A DNA stretch of 64,000 nt from an uncultured Thermoleophilaceae bacterium (GCA_963734025.1 CAVTFR010000012.1:1924-65923), one strand, 5' to 3'. Counted from the first letter of the stretch, positions 45,208-55,708 are shown. Notes: a model not told the origin generated them from the sequence alone. Program-made: numbers and translations.

Positions 45208-45927
45208 TCAGGCGCCGAGCTCGCGCCGCAGCTCTTCGAGGCCCTCGCGCAGCTCGGCGAGCTCGCGCTCGAGCCGCTCGACGCGCTCCACGAGCCCGTC
45301 CGCGGGGGCCGCCGCGGGCTCGGGCGCCGCGGGCTCGGGCGCCGCGGGCCCCTCGGCGGGCTCCGAGACGACCGCCTGGGCCGGAGCGATCGCCGGGGCG
45401 GGAGCGACCGCCGCCGCCGGGGCGCCCTCGCCGCCCTCCTCCAGGCCACCGCCGAGCAGCTGGCGGTAGCGCTCCTCGCGCTGCCCGGGCCGGCGCCCGA
45501 GCCGCTCGGCGAGCTCACGCCCGATCAGCCGCTCGAGCGTCTCCTCGAGCTCGCCCGCGTCGGCGAACCGGTGCAGGCGCTCGGTCCGCGTCCGCAGCTC
45601 GCCCGATGTCTGCGGGCCGCGCAGCATCAGCACGCCCAGCAGCGCGAGCTCGGCGTCATCGAGACCGATGGCCCGGTCCAGCGTGTGGCGGTACTTCATG
45701 GTCCGCCGGTTCGCCCAGCTGGCGAGCGTCGCCCACTTTCGCTGGACGAGCCGGTCGAGCGCGCGCCGCACGGTGCCGTCGTCGTAGTCGACGACCGGGT
45801 CGCGGTTGGTCGACTGGTTGCAGGCGAGCCGCAGCGAGTTGAGCGTCAGCGGGTAGACGTCGGGCGTCGTGCGCTGCTTCTCGATCAGGCAGCCGAGCAC
45901 CCGGATCTCGACGGCGTCGGGCTCCAT
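45208..45927 (-). CDS. YceH-like (DUF480/UPF0502) winged-helix protein
   Basis: ORF 45208..45927. EIRVLGCLIEKQRTTPDVYPLTLNSLRLACNQSTNRDPV and GPQTSGELRTRTERL, with a C-terminal coiled coil. Confidence 0.8.
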   Translation of the reverse strand: MEPDAVEIRVLGCLIEKQRTTPDVYPLTLNSLRLACNQSTNRDPVVDYDDGTVRRALDRLVQRKWATLASWANRRTMKYRHTLDRAIGLDDAELALLGVLMLRGPQTSGELRTRTERLHRFADAGELEETLERLIGRELAERLGRRPGQREERYRQLLGGGLEEGGEGAPAAAVAPAPAIAPAQAVVSEPAEGPAAPEPAAPEPAAAPADGLVERVERLERELAELREGLEELRRELGA

Positions 45928-46226
45928 GGGGCTAGTGCATCATCTGCAGTCCGCCGGCGTCGGGGTCTTCTTCAGCACGCGCCCCCCACGACGAAGGTGA
46001 TCGGCACCTGGAAGGCGACCATGCCGGGTCCGGGCGAGGCGCCGCCGAGGATCCACGCGGCGGCTCCCGCGATGCCCGGCGCCAGGTCGATGCGCGGCGC
46101 CAGTTCGTGGAAGCGGTCGACGGCCGCCCGCTGGAACGGCCACCATCGCGGCGGCGATGAGGGCTCGCAATGGCGTCCTGGTCACGGCGCGTCAAGCTAA
46201 CAGGAGCGACGTGCAATGCTCAGCGG

Positions 46227-47426
46227 GTGGGGGTCTACGGGAGCATCCTGCGCGTGCCGGGCGTCGCCGCGATCGTGCTGGCGACGCTGATCGGCCGGCT
46301 TCCGATCGGCATCACCGGGCTCGCGATCCTGCTCTACGTCGAGGACGTGAGCGGCTCGTTCGCCTCGGCCGGAATCTGCGCCGGCGCGCTGGCGCTCGGC
46401 AGCGCCGCGGGCGCGCCCTTCCAGGGCCGGCTCGTCGACCGGCGCGGCGACGGCGTGCTGCTCCCGCTCGCGCTCATCCACGCCGGCGGCCTCTTGCTGA
46501 TCTGGCTGCTAGGCGCCGCGAGCGCGCCCGTGGCGCTGCTGGCGCTCGCCTCGCTCGTGACGGGCGCGGCGCTGCCGCCGCTCTCGTCGGTGCTGCGCTC
46601 GCGCTGGCCGTACCTCCTCGAGGGGAAGCCGCAGCTCGTGGCGAGCGCGTACGCGCTCGACTCGGTGATGATCGAGTTGATCTTCGTGCTCGGGCCGCTG
46701 CTGACGACGGTCGCGGTCGCGCTGGTCGGCGCCCAGTACGCGCTCGTCGTGTCGGCGGCCTGCGTGCTCACGGGCACGGTGACGATGCTCGCCGGACTGC
46801 GCGCCTACCGCCATCCGGAGCGGACCGCCGAGGGCACCCGCGCGCTCGGCCTCGGAGCGCTGGCGGCGCCAGGGTTGCAGACGCTCGTGCTCGCCTCGCT
46901 GCCGGTGGGGTTCGCGCTCGGGACGATCGAGGTCGTGCTCCCCGCCTTCAGCGCCGACGAGGGCTCGAAGGAGCTCGCCGGGGTGCTGCTGGCGATCTGG
47001 TCGCTCGCGAGCGGCGCGGCCGGGCTCGCCTACGGCGCGAGGCCGGCCCGCGAGGGGCTCACGCGCACGCACATGCGCTTCGCGCTGCTGCTGCCCGCGG
47101 GCTGCGCGGTCCTGTTCGTCGCCAGCTCGCCGGGGACGATGGCGCTGCTCGTGATCCTCACCGGCCTCCCGATCGCGCCGCTGATCGCCTCGCGCAACCA
47201 GCTCGTCGAGCGCGTCGCGCCGCGCGGCACGGCGACCGAGGCGTTCACCTGGCCGCTGACCGCGCTCGTGGCCGGCGTGTCGCTCGGCGCGGCGACGGCC
47301 GGCTCGCTGGTCGAGTCGTACTCGTGGAGCGCCGGGGTCGTCGCCGCGGTGGTGGGGTCCTCGCTCGGCGCGCTCGTGCTGCTCGCGCGCCGGGACACGC
47401 TGAGCGCGCAGCCGCTGGCCGCCTGA
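46227..47426 (+). CDS. MFS transporter
   Basis: ORF 46170..47426 with 12 hydrophobic segments. The start is uncertain (ATG 46170 or GTG 46227). Confidence 0.7.
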   Translation: MGVYGSILRVPGVAAIVLATLIGRLPIGITGLAILLYVEDVSGSFASAGICAGALALGSAAGAPFQGRLVDRRGDGVLLPLALIHAGGLLLIWLLGAASAPVALLALASLVTGAALPPLSSVLRSRWPYLLEGKPQLVASAYALDSVMIELIFVLGPLLTTVAVALVGAQYALVVSAACVLTGTVTMLAGLRAYRHPERTAEGTRALGLGALAAPGLQTLVLASLPVGFALGTIEVVLPAFSADEGSKELAGVLLAIWSLASGAAGLAYGARPAREGLTRTHMRFALLLPAGCAVLFVASSPGTMALLVILTGLPIAPLIASRNQLVERVAPRGTATEAFTWPLTALVAGVSLGAATAGSLVESYSWSAGVVAAVVGSSLGALVLLARRDTLSAQPLAA

Positions 47427-47441
47427 CGTAGGCTCGCCGCC

Positions 47442-47894
47442 ATGGGAAACATCAGTGGTGAGCGCAGTGTGGAGATCGACGCCCCGATCGAGCGCTGCTT
47501 CGCGATCGCCGCGGACATCGACAACGCGCCGGACTGGCAGGGGTCGCTCAAGGACGTCGAGGTCCTCGAGCGGCACCAGGACAAGCGCGCGTCCCTCGTC
47601 GAGACCGAGTCCGACGCGAAGGTCAAGACGGTCAGGTCACTGCTGCGCTTCAGCTACGAGGAGCCGACCGCGATCCGCTGGGTGCAGGAGAAGGGCGACA
47701 CGAAGTCACTGGTCGGCTCGTGGACGTTCGAGGACCTCGGCGACGGGCGCACGCGCGCTACCTACGCGCTCGACGCCGACCCGGGCCGGATGCTCGGCAT
47801 CCTGCTGCGCGGGCCGGCCGAGGGCAAGGTGCGCGACTTCCTCCTGGGCGATGCCGCCGCAGGGCTGAAGGAGCGGGCCGAGAGCGAGGGCTAG
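47442..47894 (+). CDS. SRPBCC (polyketide cyclase/dehydrase-like) family protein
   Basis: ORF 47442..47894 (ERSVEIDAPIERCFAIAADIDNAPDWQ...). Confidence 0.7.
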   Translation: MGNISGERSVEIDAPIERCFAIAADIDNAPDWQGSLKDVEVLERHQDKRASLVETESDAKVKTVRSLLRFSYEEPTAIRWVQEKGDTKSLVGSWTFEDLGDGRTRATYALDADPGRMLGILLRGPAEGKVRDFLLGDAAAGLKERAESEG

Positions 47895-47900
47895 GGGCTC

Positions 47901-48296
47901 ATGGCCGACTACACCGTCGTCAACCTCAAGCGCGACGTGGAGGACATGGCGCCCAAGTTCGAGCTCGCTCCCGGGCTCGAGTCGCGCTTCGCGCGCGTGC
48001 CGCTCGGGCTCGCCAACTCCGGGGCGAGCTACTTCAAGATCGCCCCGGGCTTCCGCGTTCCGTTCGGGCACCGGCACAGCGAGCAGGAGGAGGTCTACGT
48101 CATCGTCTCGGGCGGCGCGCGGCTGAAGCTCGATGACGACATCGTCGAGCTCGAGCAATGGGACATGGTGCGAATCGCGCCGGGCGTCTGGCGCGGAGTC
48201 GAGGGCGGCCCCGACGGCACCGAGCTGATCGCGTTCGGCGCGCCCAACACGGAGAACAAGGACGCCGAGATGCAGCCCGGCTGGTGGAGCGACTAG
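47901..48296 (+). CDS. cupin domain protein
   Basis: ORF 47901..48296 (GHRHSEQEEVYVIVSGGARLKLDD...WDMVRIAPG). Confidence 0.7.
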   Translation: MADYTVVNLKRDVEDMAPKFELAPGLESRFARVPLGLANSGASYFKIAPGFRVPFGHRHSEQEEVYVIVSGGARLKLDDDIVELEQWDMVRIAPGVWRGVEGGPDGTELIAFGAPNTENKDAEMQPGWWSD

Positions 48297-49060
48297 GGCC
48301 GGTTCGCAAGCGTCGCCGGATAGTCGCCGCGCGCGAGCAGGGTCGCGGCCGCCTCGCCGAGTGACGCGTACGCGACTCCCATCGGACCCGGCCCGAAGCT
48401 GACGCGCGCCACTCCGGCGCCGGCGAGCTCGCTCAGCGGCGGCGACACCGGCAGCGCGAGCACGTTGACGGGCGCCCCGCCCAGCTCCTCGACGAGCCTG
48501 CGCGTGTCGCCCAGATCGACGAGGCCCGGGATGAAGAAGCAATCGGCGCCGGCGTCAAGGTACGCGCGCCCGCGCGCGATCGCCTCGTCGAGCCGGCGCT
48601 CGCCGAGCAGGTACTCGTCCGAGCGCCCGTTGATCACGAGCGGCACCCCCTCGCGCTCGCCGCGCTCGCGTACGGCGGCGAGGATGGCCGCGTGCTCGCC
48701 GGCAGGCCGCAGGCGATCCTCGAGGTTCACGCCCACCGCGCCCGCCGCGATCACCGCGGCCACCGTGTCGGAGACCGCGGCCGCCGTGTCGCCGAACCCG
48801 GCCTCGATGTCGGCGGTCACGGGCAGCTCGACCGCCGCGGCAATCCGCTCGATCGCCGCGAGCATCAACTCGAGCGGGATCTCCTGACCGTCGGCGTATC
48901 CGTGCGCGGCGGCGATCGACCAGCTCGCCGTCGCGATCGCGCGGCAGCCCTCGGCGGCCGCGACCGTGCGGGCGCCCGCCACGTCCCACACGTTCACGAG
49001 GATGAGCGGATCGCCGGGGCGATGGAGCTCGCGCAGGAGGTTCGCCTTGCCGGCGGTCAT
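48293..49060 (-). CDS. isocitrate lyase / PEP mutase superfamily enzyme
   Basis: Inside ORF 48293..49144, ATG at 49060 (LILVNVWDVAGAR...VTADIEAGFG...GVNLED...ADCFFIPG). Confidence 0.75.
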   Translation of the reverse strand: MTAGKANLLRELHRPGDPLILVNVWDVAGARTVAAAEGCRAIATASWSIAAAHGYADGQEIPLELMLAAIERIAAAVELPVTADIEAGFGDTAAAVSDTVAAVIAAGAVGVNLEDRLRPAGEHAAILAAVRERGEREGVPLVINGRSDEYLLGERRLDEAIARGRAYLDAGADCFFIPGLVDLGDTRRLVEELGGAPVNVLALPVSPPLSELAGAGVARVSFGPGPMGVAYASLGEAAATLLARGDYPATLANRP

Positions 49061-49152
49061 CGAGCCGCACAGTACCCCGGGCGCAGCCGGGTCGGCCGCA
49101 GGTGCCACGACTTTGTCACCTATAGCGGTACAAAGTCGTGGCACCCGGCCTG

Positions 49153-50640
49153 TCAGGCGGCCTCGGAGTAGGCGGGCTCGGCCTCGCCGGCCTGCTCGAC
49201 CTCGACGGCCACCGGCGCGCGCAGTACCGTCACCGCCACCACGAGCGCCGCGAGCACGAGGCCCGCCGCGACCACGAAGGCCAGCTGGTAGCCGTCGGTC
49301 AGCGCCGACGCGCTGGAGCTACCGCCCGCCAGCGCGTCGTCCGTGCGGGTGCTCGCGAGCGTGGCCAGCACGGCCAGCCCCAGCGCGCCGCCGACCTGCA
49401 TGGTCGTGTTGATGAGACCCGAGGCGAGCCCCGAGTCCTCTGGCGTCGCGCCCGACATCCCGAGCGTCATCAGGGCCGGGAACGAGACGCCGGCTCCGAC
49501 GCCGATCAGGATCATCGAGGGCAGCACGTCGGTGACATAGCTGGCATCCACGGGCACGCGTGAGAACAGCAGCAGGCCGGCCGCGATCAGGCCCACGCCG
49601 GGCAGCAGCGTCGCCCGCGCGCCGAAGCGCGCCATCAGCTTGGCGGAGAAGCCGAGCGACAGCACGCCGATGCCGACCGAGACGGGCAGGAAGGCCAGGC
49701 CGGTCTCGATGGCGTCGTAGCCGAGCACGCCCTGCAGGTAGAGCGCGCCCAGGAAGAACATCCCGAACAGGCCGGCCACCATCAGGATCTGGACCAGGTT
49801 GGCGCCGGTCACGTTGCGCGAGCGGAAGATCCGGAGCGGCACGAGCGGCGTGCCCGTGCGCGCCTCGCGCGCGACGAAGCCGCCGAGCAGCGCAAGCGAG
49901 ATCGCCCCGAGCACCAGCGTGCGAGCAGCGCCGAAGCCGTACTCGCTCGCCTGCACGATCGTGTAGACCATCAGCATCAGCGCGCCCGTGATCAGCGACG
50001 CGCCCAGGACGTCGGCGCCGCGCCGCAGCCCGATGCCGGGCACGCGGTCGACCAGACGGAGCGCGAAGAGCGCGGTGGCGATTCCGATCGGAAGGTTGAC
50101 GAAGAAGATCCAGTGCCAGCTGATCGCCTGGGTGAGCGCGCCGCCCGCGAGCAGTCCGATCGAGGCGCCGGCCGAAGCCACGAAGCTGTACACGCCGATC
50201 GCCTTGGCCTGATCCCTCGGCTCGGGGAACATCGTCACGATCATCCCCAGGATCACGGCCGAGGTCAGCGCGCCTCCGGCGCCCTGCACGAAGCGCGCGC
50301 CGATCAGCACCTCCTGGCTCTGCGCGACCCCGCACAGGAGCGATGCCAGCGTGAAGACGGCGAGGCCGATCATGAAGACGTCCTTGCGCCCGACGAGGTC
50401 ACCGATCCGGCCGGCCAGGAGCAGCAGTCCGCCGAAGGCGATCAGGTAGGCGTTCATCACCCAGGCCAGGTCCGACTGCGTGAAGCCCAGGTCGTTCTGG
50501 ATCGCGGGCAGGGCCACGTTCACGATCGTCGAGTCGAGGATGATCATGAGCATCCCGACGCAGAGCACGTAGAGCGCCATCCAGCGCCTCCGGTCCGTGG
50601 CCTCCGTCTGTCCGCTGAGCACTGCCCCGATCTCGGTCAT
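49153..50640 (-). CDS. DHA2 (EmrB/QacA-type) MFS efflux transporter, intact
   Basis: Inside ORF 49153..50661, ATG at 50640 (LDSTIVNVALPAIQNDLGF...GRIGDLVGRK). It has 14 hydrophobic segments and lies downstream of a MarR gene. Confidence 0.85.
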   Translation of the reverse strand: MTEIGAVLSGQTEATDRRRWMALYVLCVGMLMIILDSTIVNVALPAIQNDLGFTQSDLAWVMNAYLIAFGGLLLLAGRIGDLVGRKDVFMIGLAVFTLASLLCGVAQSQEVLIGARFVQGAGGALTSAVILGMIVTMFPEPRDQAKAIGVYSFVASAGASIGLLAGGALTQAISWHWIFFVNLPIGIATALFALRLVDRVPGIGLRRGADVLGASLITGALMLMVYTIVQASEYGFGAARTLVLGAISLALLGGFVAREARTGTPLVPLRIFRSRNVTGANLVQILMVAGLFGMFFLGALYLQGVLGYDAIETGLAFLPVSVGIGVLSLGFSAKLMARFGARATLLPGVGLIAAGLLLFSRVPVDASYVTDVLPSMILIGVGAGVSFPALMTLGMSGATPEDSGLASGLINTTMQVGGALGLAVLATLASTRTDDALAGGSSSASALTDGYQLAFVVAAGLVLAALVVAVTVLRAPVAVEVEQAGEAEPAYSEAA

Positions 50641-50671
50641 TGCCGGACCGTAGCAGATCATCCTGTCTCAG

Positions 50672-50691
50672 ATCATCCGAATCCGGATGAT
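50672..50691. promoter_or_regulatory. inverted repeat ATCATCC-N6-GGATGAT between marR and the MFS gene
   Basis: It has 7-bp arms. A direct repeat of CAGATCATCC lies immediately 5'. It is a candidate MarR binding site or intercistronic hairpin. Confidence 0.3.
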
Positions 50692-50703
50692 TTAACGCAC
50701 TAT

Positions 50704-51186
50704 CTACAGCTTCGCGGTCGGCCCGTCGGTCACGAGCCGCATGAGGCCGCTGAGCATCCCCTCGCGCTCACGCGCCGGGAGCCGCGCGAGGACGTCCGCC
50801 TGCACCTGGTCGATCACCTTGCGCGCCTCGCCAACCTTCGCCTCGCCGGCCTTCGTCACCGCGATCACGCGGACCCGCCGGTCCAGCTTCGAAGGCCGGC
50901 GCTCCGCGAGACCGGCCTCCTCCAGCGCGTCGATCGTGGCGACCATGGTCGTCTTGTCGAGCCCGACCAGGTTGGCCAACTCGATCTGGGTGCGGTCCTG
51001 TCCGAGGGCCGTCGCGAGCACGCAGTAGCGCCGCGAGGAGAGGCCGAGCGGCTCGAGCGCAAGCGCCAGCTCGGCGGCGAGCGCGTGCTCGGCGCGACCG
51101 AGGAGCCAGCCGAGGTTCTTGCTGAGACAGTCGGCCGTGGCGGCCGGGGCCGCGTCCTCCGCGACGCTTCTGAGCTTGGTCGCCAC
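50704..51186 (-). CDS. MarR family transcriptional regulator
   Basis: ORF 50704..51186 (TQIELANLVGLDKTTMVATIDALEEAGLAERRPSKLDRRVRVIAVTKAG). Confidence 0.85.
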   Translation of the reverse strand: MATKLRSVAEDAAPAATADCLSKNLGWLLGRAEHALAAELALALEPLGLSSRRYCVLATALGQDRTQIELANLVGLDKTTMVATIDALEEAGLAERRPSKLDRRVRVIAVTKAGEAKVGEARKVIDQVQADVLARLPAREREGMLSGLMRLVTDGPTAKL

Positions 51187-51207
51187 ACCAGTGATGCTAG
51201 CCGCAGC

Positions 51208-52320
51208 TCAAACCGACGGCTCGAAACGCACCCGCCGCTCCGCCGCATCCGGCGCCACGAATGCGAGCAGGCGCGCGCCCTCGGCGCCGATCTCGTCGAC
51301 CACGTCGGGCGCGTCCGCCGGCGCCCGGGCGAAGCGGTCGACGGTCAGTGTGGCGACTCCGTCCTCCTCGGTGATCTCCCAGTAGGCACGGAAGAAGCCG
51401 TCCAGCATGACTTGCCCGATCCACTTCCCGGTCGGGTACGGGAGCCCCGGGCCGAGCCCGCACAGCACGCGCGAGCGGTCGGCATGCGCGAGCAGCAGGT
51501 TGTCGTACTCCGGGAGGAAGCGGACGGGCGCCGGGACCTCCGGATCGGCGAAGGCGCCGTCCGGCACGTCGAGGAGCTCCTTGCCGTTCTCGTCCCTGAA
51601 GCTGCGGAGCTGCGGCCGCAGCCGCGCGACGACCTCGCGCAGCCCAGTGATCCCCGACCAGGTGCGGATGTCCGCGACGCTCGCCGGGCCGAAAGCGGCC
51701 AGGTAGCGGAGGACGAGCGCATCGACCGACGGGCGCGGCTCGATCTCACCGCCGAGCCACTGCTCCGCCGGTGCCCAGGTGGCCTGGCACGTCTGCCCCC
51801 ACAGGCCGCGCGGCGTCGTCTGCACGAGCGGCGCGTGGAGGGTCACGGCGTAGGCGAGCGAGAGCGGCTCCGCGTCGGGAAAGAGCTCGGCCAGGTGCTC
51901 CGAGAGCTGGGCGCGCGTCCGCGGCGCCTCGCCGAGCAGCTCGAGTCCCGCGGCGACCACCGCGTCGACGTCGGCGCCGTTCAGCTTCGCCGCGAACGGG
52001 CTGCGGAAGGTCTTGCCGAGGATCGGCAGTGTCAGCGGATGGATCGCGAGGCAGTCGCGCGCCGAGACGAGGTGGAGCGTCGAGCGCATCAGCCCCGCGC
52101 GCACGGCCTCGCGCTCCGCGATCAGGTCGCTCAGCTCCTCCGGCCGGAAGCCCTCGATGCGCGACCAGAGCGCCACATACGGGTTCTCGGGCACTTGCGC
52201 CTGCATGCCGACGAGCCGCTCGATCATCTCGATCGCCGGCGTGCGCGAGCGCTCGAGGAGGCCCTGGCGCTCGAGCAGGGCGCGCCCCAGCGCCCGCTGG
52301 CTCAGGACCGGCTCCGCCAC
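51208..52320 (-). CDS. winged-helix DNA-binding protein of the YcaQ/AlkZ-like (DUF1006) family
   Basis: ORF 51208..52320 (LLERQGLLERS...ERLVGMQAQVPENPYVALWSRIEGF...MRSTLHLVSARD). Confidence 0.7.
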   Translation of the reverse strand: MAEPVLSQRALGRALLERQGLLERSRTPAIEMIERLVGMQAQVPENPYVALWSRIEGFRPEELSDLIAEREAVRAGLMRSTLHLVSARDCLAIHPLTLPILGKTFRSPFAAKLNGADVDAVVAAGLELLGEAPRTRAQLSEHLAELFPDAEPLSLAYAVTLHAPLVQTTPRGLWGQTCQATWAPAEQWLGGEIEPRPSVDALVLRYLAAFGPASVADIRTWSGITGLREVVARLRPQLRSFRDENGKELLDVPDGAFADPEVPAPVRFLPEYDNLLLAHADRSRVLCGLGPGLPYPTGKWIGQVMLDGFFRAYWEITEEDGVATLTVDRFARAPADAPDVVDEIGAEGARLLAFVAPDAAERRVRFEPSV

Positions 52321-52322
52321 GG

Positions 52323-53147
52323 TTAGGCGCGCAGCTCCGGCGCGGTCTCGCCGAGTGCCGCGATGAACCCAAGCGGGTCGTCGTCCGGAAGCGAGAAGAT
52401 CAGCGCATCGAAGCGGAGCCGCCCGGCGAGGTCCGCGACGCGGTCCGCGTCGGGGCCGTCGCCGGCGCTCCCGAGCCCGACGTTGAGTGCCCGGACGATG
52501 TCCGCAGGATCTCGGCCCGCCGCGCGGGCGGCCTCGTCGATCACCTCGTGGCGAGCAGAGATCTCCCCTTCGGGGAGGTTGCCGAGGCTCAGCAGCCAGC
52601 CGTCCCCGAGCCGCCCGGTCAGGCGCAGCATCCGCGGCCGGTAGGCGCCGACCCAGAGCCCGATCCGGTGGACCGGCGCCGGCCCCGGCTTGGCCCCAGC
52701 GGCCCGGTAGTAGCGGCCGTCGAGCCGAACCGACTCCTCCATGTCGAGATAGGAGCGAATGATCCTCATCGCCTCCTCGAGCGCATCCACCGACTCGCCG
52801 GGCGACCGGCGCGGTCCGCCCATCGCCTCGACGGCGTCCCAGAAGGCCCCCGCCCCAAGGCCGAGCTCAACCCGGCCGCCGCTCAGGACGTCGAGCGAGG
52901 CGGCGGCCTTGGCGAGCACGGCGGGCTGGCGCAGCGGCAGGTTGATCACGTCAGGCAGCAGCGTGATCCGCTCCGTGCGCGCCGCGACGTACGAGAGCAG
53001 CGTCCAGGTGTCGAAGAAGCGGCGCTGGTACGGGTGGTCCTGGATACCGACGAGGTCGAGCCCGGCCCGGTCGGCGGCCACGATTCGCTCGATCGTCTGC
53101 TCAGGGTCGCGGGCGTCCGGGACGACGAAGACGCCGAGCTTCGTCAC
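52323..53147 (-). CDS. LLM-class flavin/F420-dependent oxidoreductase
   Basis: C-terminal part of ORF 52323..54608. The GTG at 53147 overlaps the upstream stop (GTGA). VTKLGVFVVPD...VGIQDHPYQ...LSGGRVELGLGAGAFWD. Confidence 0.75.
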   Translation of the reverse strand: MTKLGVFVVPDARDPEQTIERIVAADRAGLDLVGIQDHPYQRRFFDTWTLLSYVAARTERITLLPDVINLPLRQPAVLAKAAASLDVLSGGRVELGLGAGAFWDAVEAMGGPRRSPGESVDALEEAMRIIRSYLDMEESVRLDGRYYRAAGAKPGPAPVHRIGLWVGAYRPRMLRLTGRLGDGWLLSLGNLPEGEISARHEVIDEAARAAGRDPADIVRALNVGLGSAGDGPDADRVADLAGRLRFDALIFSLPDDDPLGFIAALGETAPELRA

Positions 53148-55708
53148 CTCAGAGCCACCGGGTCCGCGGCCGGCGCACGCGCGCGTGCCCACTCCGGCGG
53201 AGCCGGAAGCATCCGTGCGCTTGCCATCAGGCGGGCCGCGAACAGCCCAAGCTCGTAGCCCATCACCGCGCCCACGAGCACGTCGATCGGGAAATGGGCG
53301 CCGAACAGCACACGCGTGAACGCGATCATGACGACATAGGCGAGCAACGGCCTGCGCAGGACGGGAATCGCCGAGGCGGCCGCCGCTGCCATGGCGGCGG
53401 TCACGATCAGATGGCCGGACGGGTACGAGGCAAGATGGCCCCAGCTGCGCCCCTCCGCGAGCAGCACCTGGGCGCCCAGGACCTCCTCCGGCCGGGCGCG
53501 CTCGACGAACAGCTTGATGACCTCGATCGTGGCGCCGGCGAGGTACGCGGCCAGCACCACACCGAGCGCAGCGCCGATGACGTAGCGGGGCCGGCGCAGG
53601 ACGACGACGCCGGCTACCAGCGTGGTGAGGAGGAGAAGGATGTAGTTGCGCGTGTGCGGGTCGAGCGCGTCGTAGAGCCGCTCGGGCCCGTCCCCCAAGC
53701 CGTTGACGCCAAGGAAGAGGGCGTTGTCGAGCGGCTGGAAGATGGGCAGCGCGAGCCCGAGCGCGATCGCCGCGAGCAGCCCGGTCGAGAGCCGTGGCGC
53801 CCACGCGCGCAGAACCACCAGCGCGTCCGCCGCGCTGCCCGTGCCGACGGTGCCGGGCGGGGTCGCCACGATGGCCTTCGCAACCCGCGCGGTGTCCGCC
53901 AGCGGGCGGAAGCCGCTCGGCTCGCCGTCGTAGATGGTCGGGATCTCGACGGAGCCGACGTGACGACCCGAGGCGAGCAGCGCCCGGAGGTGCTTGGTCT
54001 CGGCCTCGTATCCACCCGCCGGCAGCGGGATCTCGCGCAGCGCCGCCGCGCGGAACAGGCGCATGCCGTTCTGCGTGTCCGGCACCCAAGCGCGCGCCCT
54101 GACCGCCAGGAGCAGGCTGGCCAGCCGGTTCGCGAGCCGCCGCTCGAACGGCATGGCGCGGCGATCGCGACGGTGGCCGATGACCACATCGCTCGTTTGG
54201 GCGGCCTCCACGAAGGCCGGGATGCGCTCGGGGTCGTGCTGGCCGTCGGAGTCCAGGACGACGATCGCCTCGGGTGGCCGCGGCTCGTCGAGCAGCAGCT
54301 CGATGCCCGCGCTGACCGCGCTGCCCTTGCCGCCATTGTGCTCCAGCCGAAGAACGCGCACTCGCTCGTCGGCGGCGACCGCCTCGAGCGAGGCGGCGAT
54401 CGCGGCCGGTGCGCCGTCGTCGACCAGGACGAGCTCGTCCACGTGGCGGAGCGCCGCGCGAGCCACCTGCGCCGCCCGGTCGGATGCGAAGACGGGGACC
54501 ACCGCCGCCACCGTCGACGGCCGCGGCAGCGCGAGCGCGGGACGGCCCGCCCCGCGCTCGGCGAGGGTCAGCGGGACAAGCGCCACGAGCGCCGCCGCCC
54601 CGAGCCACAGGACCGCGTCGTAGCCGCCGCTCGCCTCGACGGCGAGGCCGGCGAGCGGAAGCGCCGCCGTGGTGGCGACGGCGCGCCCGGCGAAGAACAG
54701 CCCGCTGTAGCGGCCGGCCTCGCCGTCGGGCACGAAGCGCGCGAAGTAGGGGAATCCGAGCGCGGTCACGAGTCCCGCGCCGAGCGCGGCGACGGCGAAA
54801 GCGGGCGCCGCGGACCGGATCGCGTCGGCCGGCGCGGCGGCCAGGATGCCGGCCCCGAGCATGGCCGCGCCGGCGAGCAACAGCGGTCGCACCTGCTCGG
54901 GGCGAGCGCGGGCGCCGATCAGCATCCCCAGAGCCGTGAGCACGCCGAAGCCGAGCGGCAGCAGCCCCGCGGCCGCAACCGAGAGCCCGAGGCTGTCCTC
55001 GGCGTATAGGACGAAGAACGCGGGCAGCGCCGCATAGGCGAACACCCAGAGGGTCTGGGCCAGGAGCACCTCGCGCGCGCCGTTGCGCCGCAACGCATCT
55101 CGCAAGAGCGCCCGCTCGGGGCGTGTGCCGCCGGCAGGATCGCGTTCGCCGAGCCCGAGCCGCCGCCCCACCGTGAGCGTCGGCAGCGCCGCCAGCCCGA
55201 CGACGACGGCCGCGAGCGCAAAGGCGGCAGCGGGCGCGGGCTCGATCAGCGCGCCGCCGATCGCGACCGCGACCACGGCGCCAACCAGCCCGGCGCCCTC
55301 CTGCGCGCTCGTGGCAGCGGGCCGGCGCGCGTCCTCGACGTCGTCCGCGACGATCGCCCGGTGGGCGGTCGTCAGTGCGTTCAGGCCCGTGTAGACGAGC
55401 CCCGCGGAGACGGCGAGCGCGAGATACGAAGTGCCGTTGCCGAGCCCGATCGCGGCGAGCCCTCCGACCGTCACCACGGCACCGCCCGCGATGAACGGGA
55501 GGCGGCGCCCGCGCCGGTCCGACCAGACGCCTGTCGCGATCGGGATCGCGAAGCCCGCGAGAGCGTTCACGGTCATCACGGCCCCGATCAGCGTGGGCGC
55601 GTCGTCGATGCGCTCGAGCAGCACGGGCAGGTACGTCGTGGTGAGCGCCCGTCCCGCTCCCGCGCCGACCGCGGCCAGCGAGAACACGATCAGGAGCCGC
55701 GGGCTCAC
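53144..55708 (-). CDS. three-domain fusion: MFS transporter - GT2 glycosyltransferase - PAP2 phosphatase
   Basis: Inside ORF 53144..55885. The GTG at 55708 overlaps the upstream stop (GTGA).
- MFS-like 10-12 TM region: about nt 55708-54551.
- GT2: about nt 54514-53861 (VVPVFASDR...VLVDDGAP...NGGKGSAV...VLDSDGQHD...PDTQNGMRLF).
- PAP2: about nt 53788-53216 (KLFVERARP, YPSGH, TRVLFGAHFPIDV). Confidence 0.75.
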   Translation of the reverse strand: MSPRLLIVFSLAAVGAGAGRALTTTYLPVLLERIDDAPTLIGAVMTVNALAGFAIPIATGVWSDRRGRRLPFIAGGAVVTVGGLAAIGLGNGTSYLALAVSAGLVYTGLNALTTAHRAIVADDVEDARRPAATSAQEGAGLVGAVVAVAIGGALIEPAPAAAFALAAVVVGLAALPTLTVGRRLGLGERDPAGGTRPERALLRDALRRNGAREVLLAQTLWVFAYAALPAFFVLYAEDSLGLSVAAAGLLPLGFGVLTALGMLIGARARPEQVRPLLLAGAAMLGAGILAAAPADAIRSAAPAFAVAALGAGLVTALGFPYFARFVPDGEAGRYSGLFFAGRAVATTAALPLAGLAVEASGGYDAVLWLGAAALVALVPLTLAERGAGRPALALPRPSTVAAVVPVFASDRAAQVARAALRHVDELVLVDDGAPAAIAASLEAVAADERVRVLRLEHNGGKGSAVSAGIELLLDEPRPPEAIVVLDSDGQHDPERIPAFVEAAQTSDVVIGHRRDRRAMPFERRLANRLASLLLAVRARAWVPDTQNGMRLFRAAALREIPLPAGGYEAETKHLRALLASGRHVGSVEIPTIYDGEPSGFRPLADTARVAKAIVATPPGTVGTGSAADALVVLRAWAPRLSTGLLAAIALGLALPIFQPLDNALFLGVNGLGDGPERLYDALDPHTRNYILLLLTTLVAGVVVLRRPRYVIGAALGVVLAAYLAGATIEVIKLFVERARPEEVLGAQVLLAEGRSWGHLASYPSGHLIVTAAMAAAAASAIPVLRRPLLAYVVMIAFTRVLFGAHFPIDVLVGAVMGYELGLFAARLMASARMLPAPPEWARARAPAADPVALR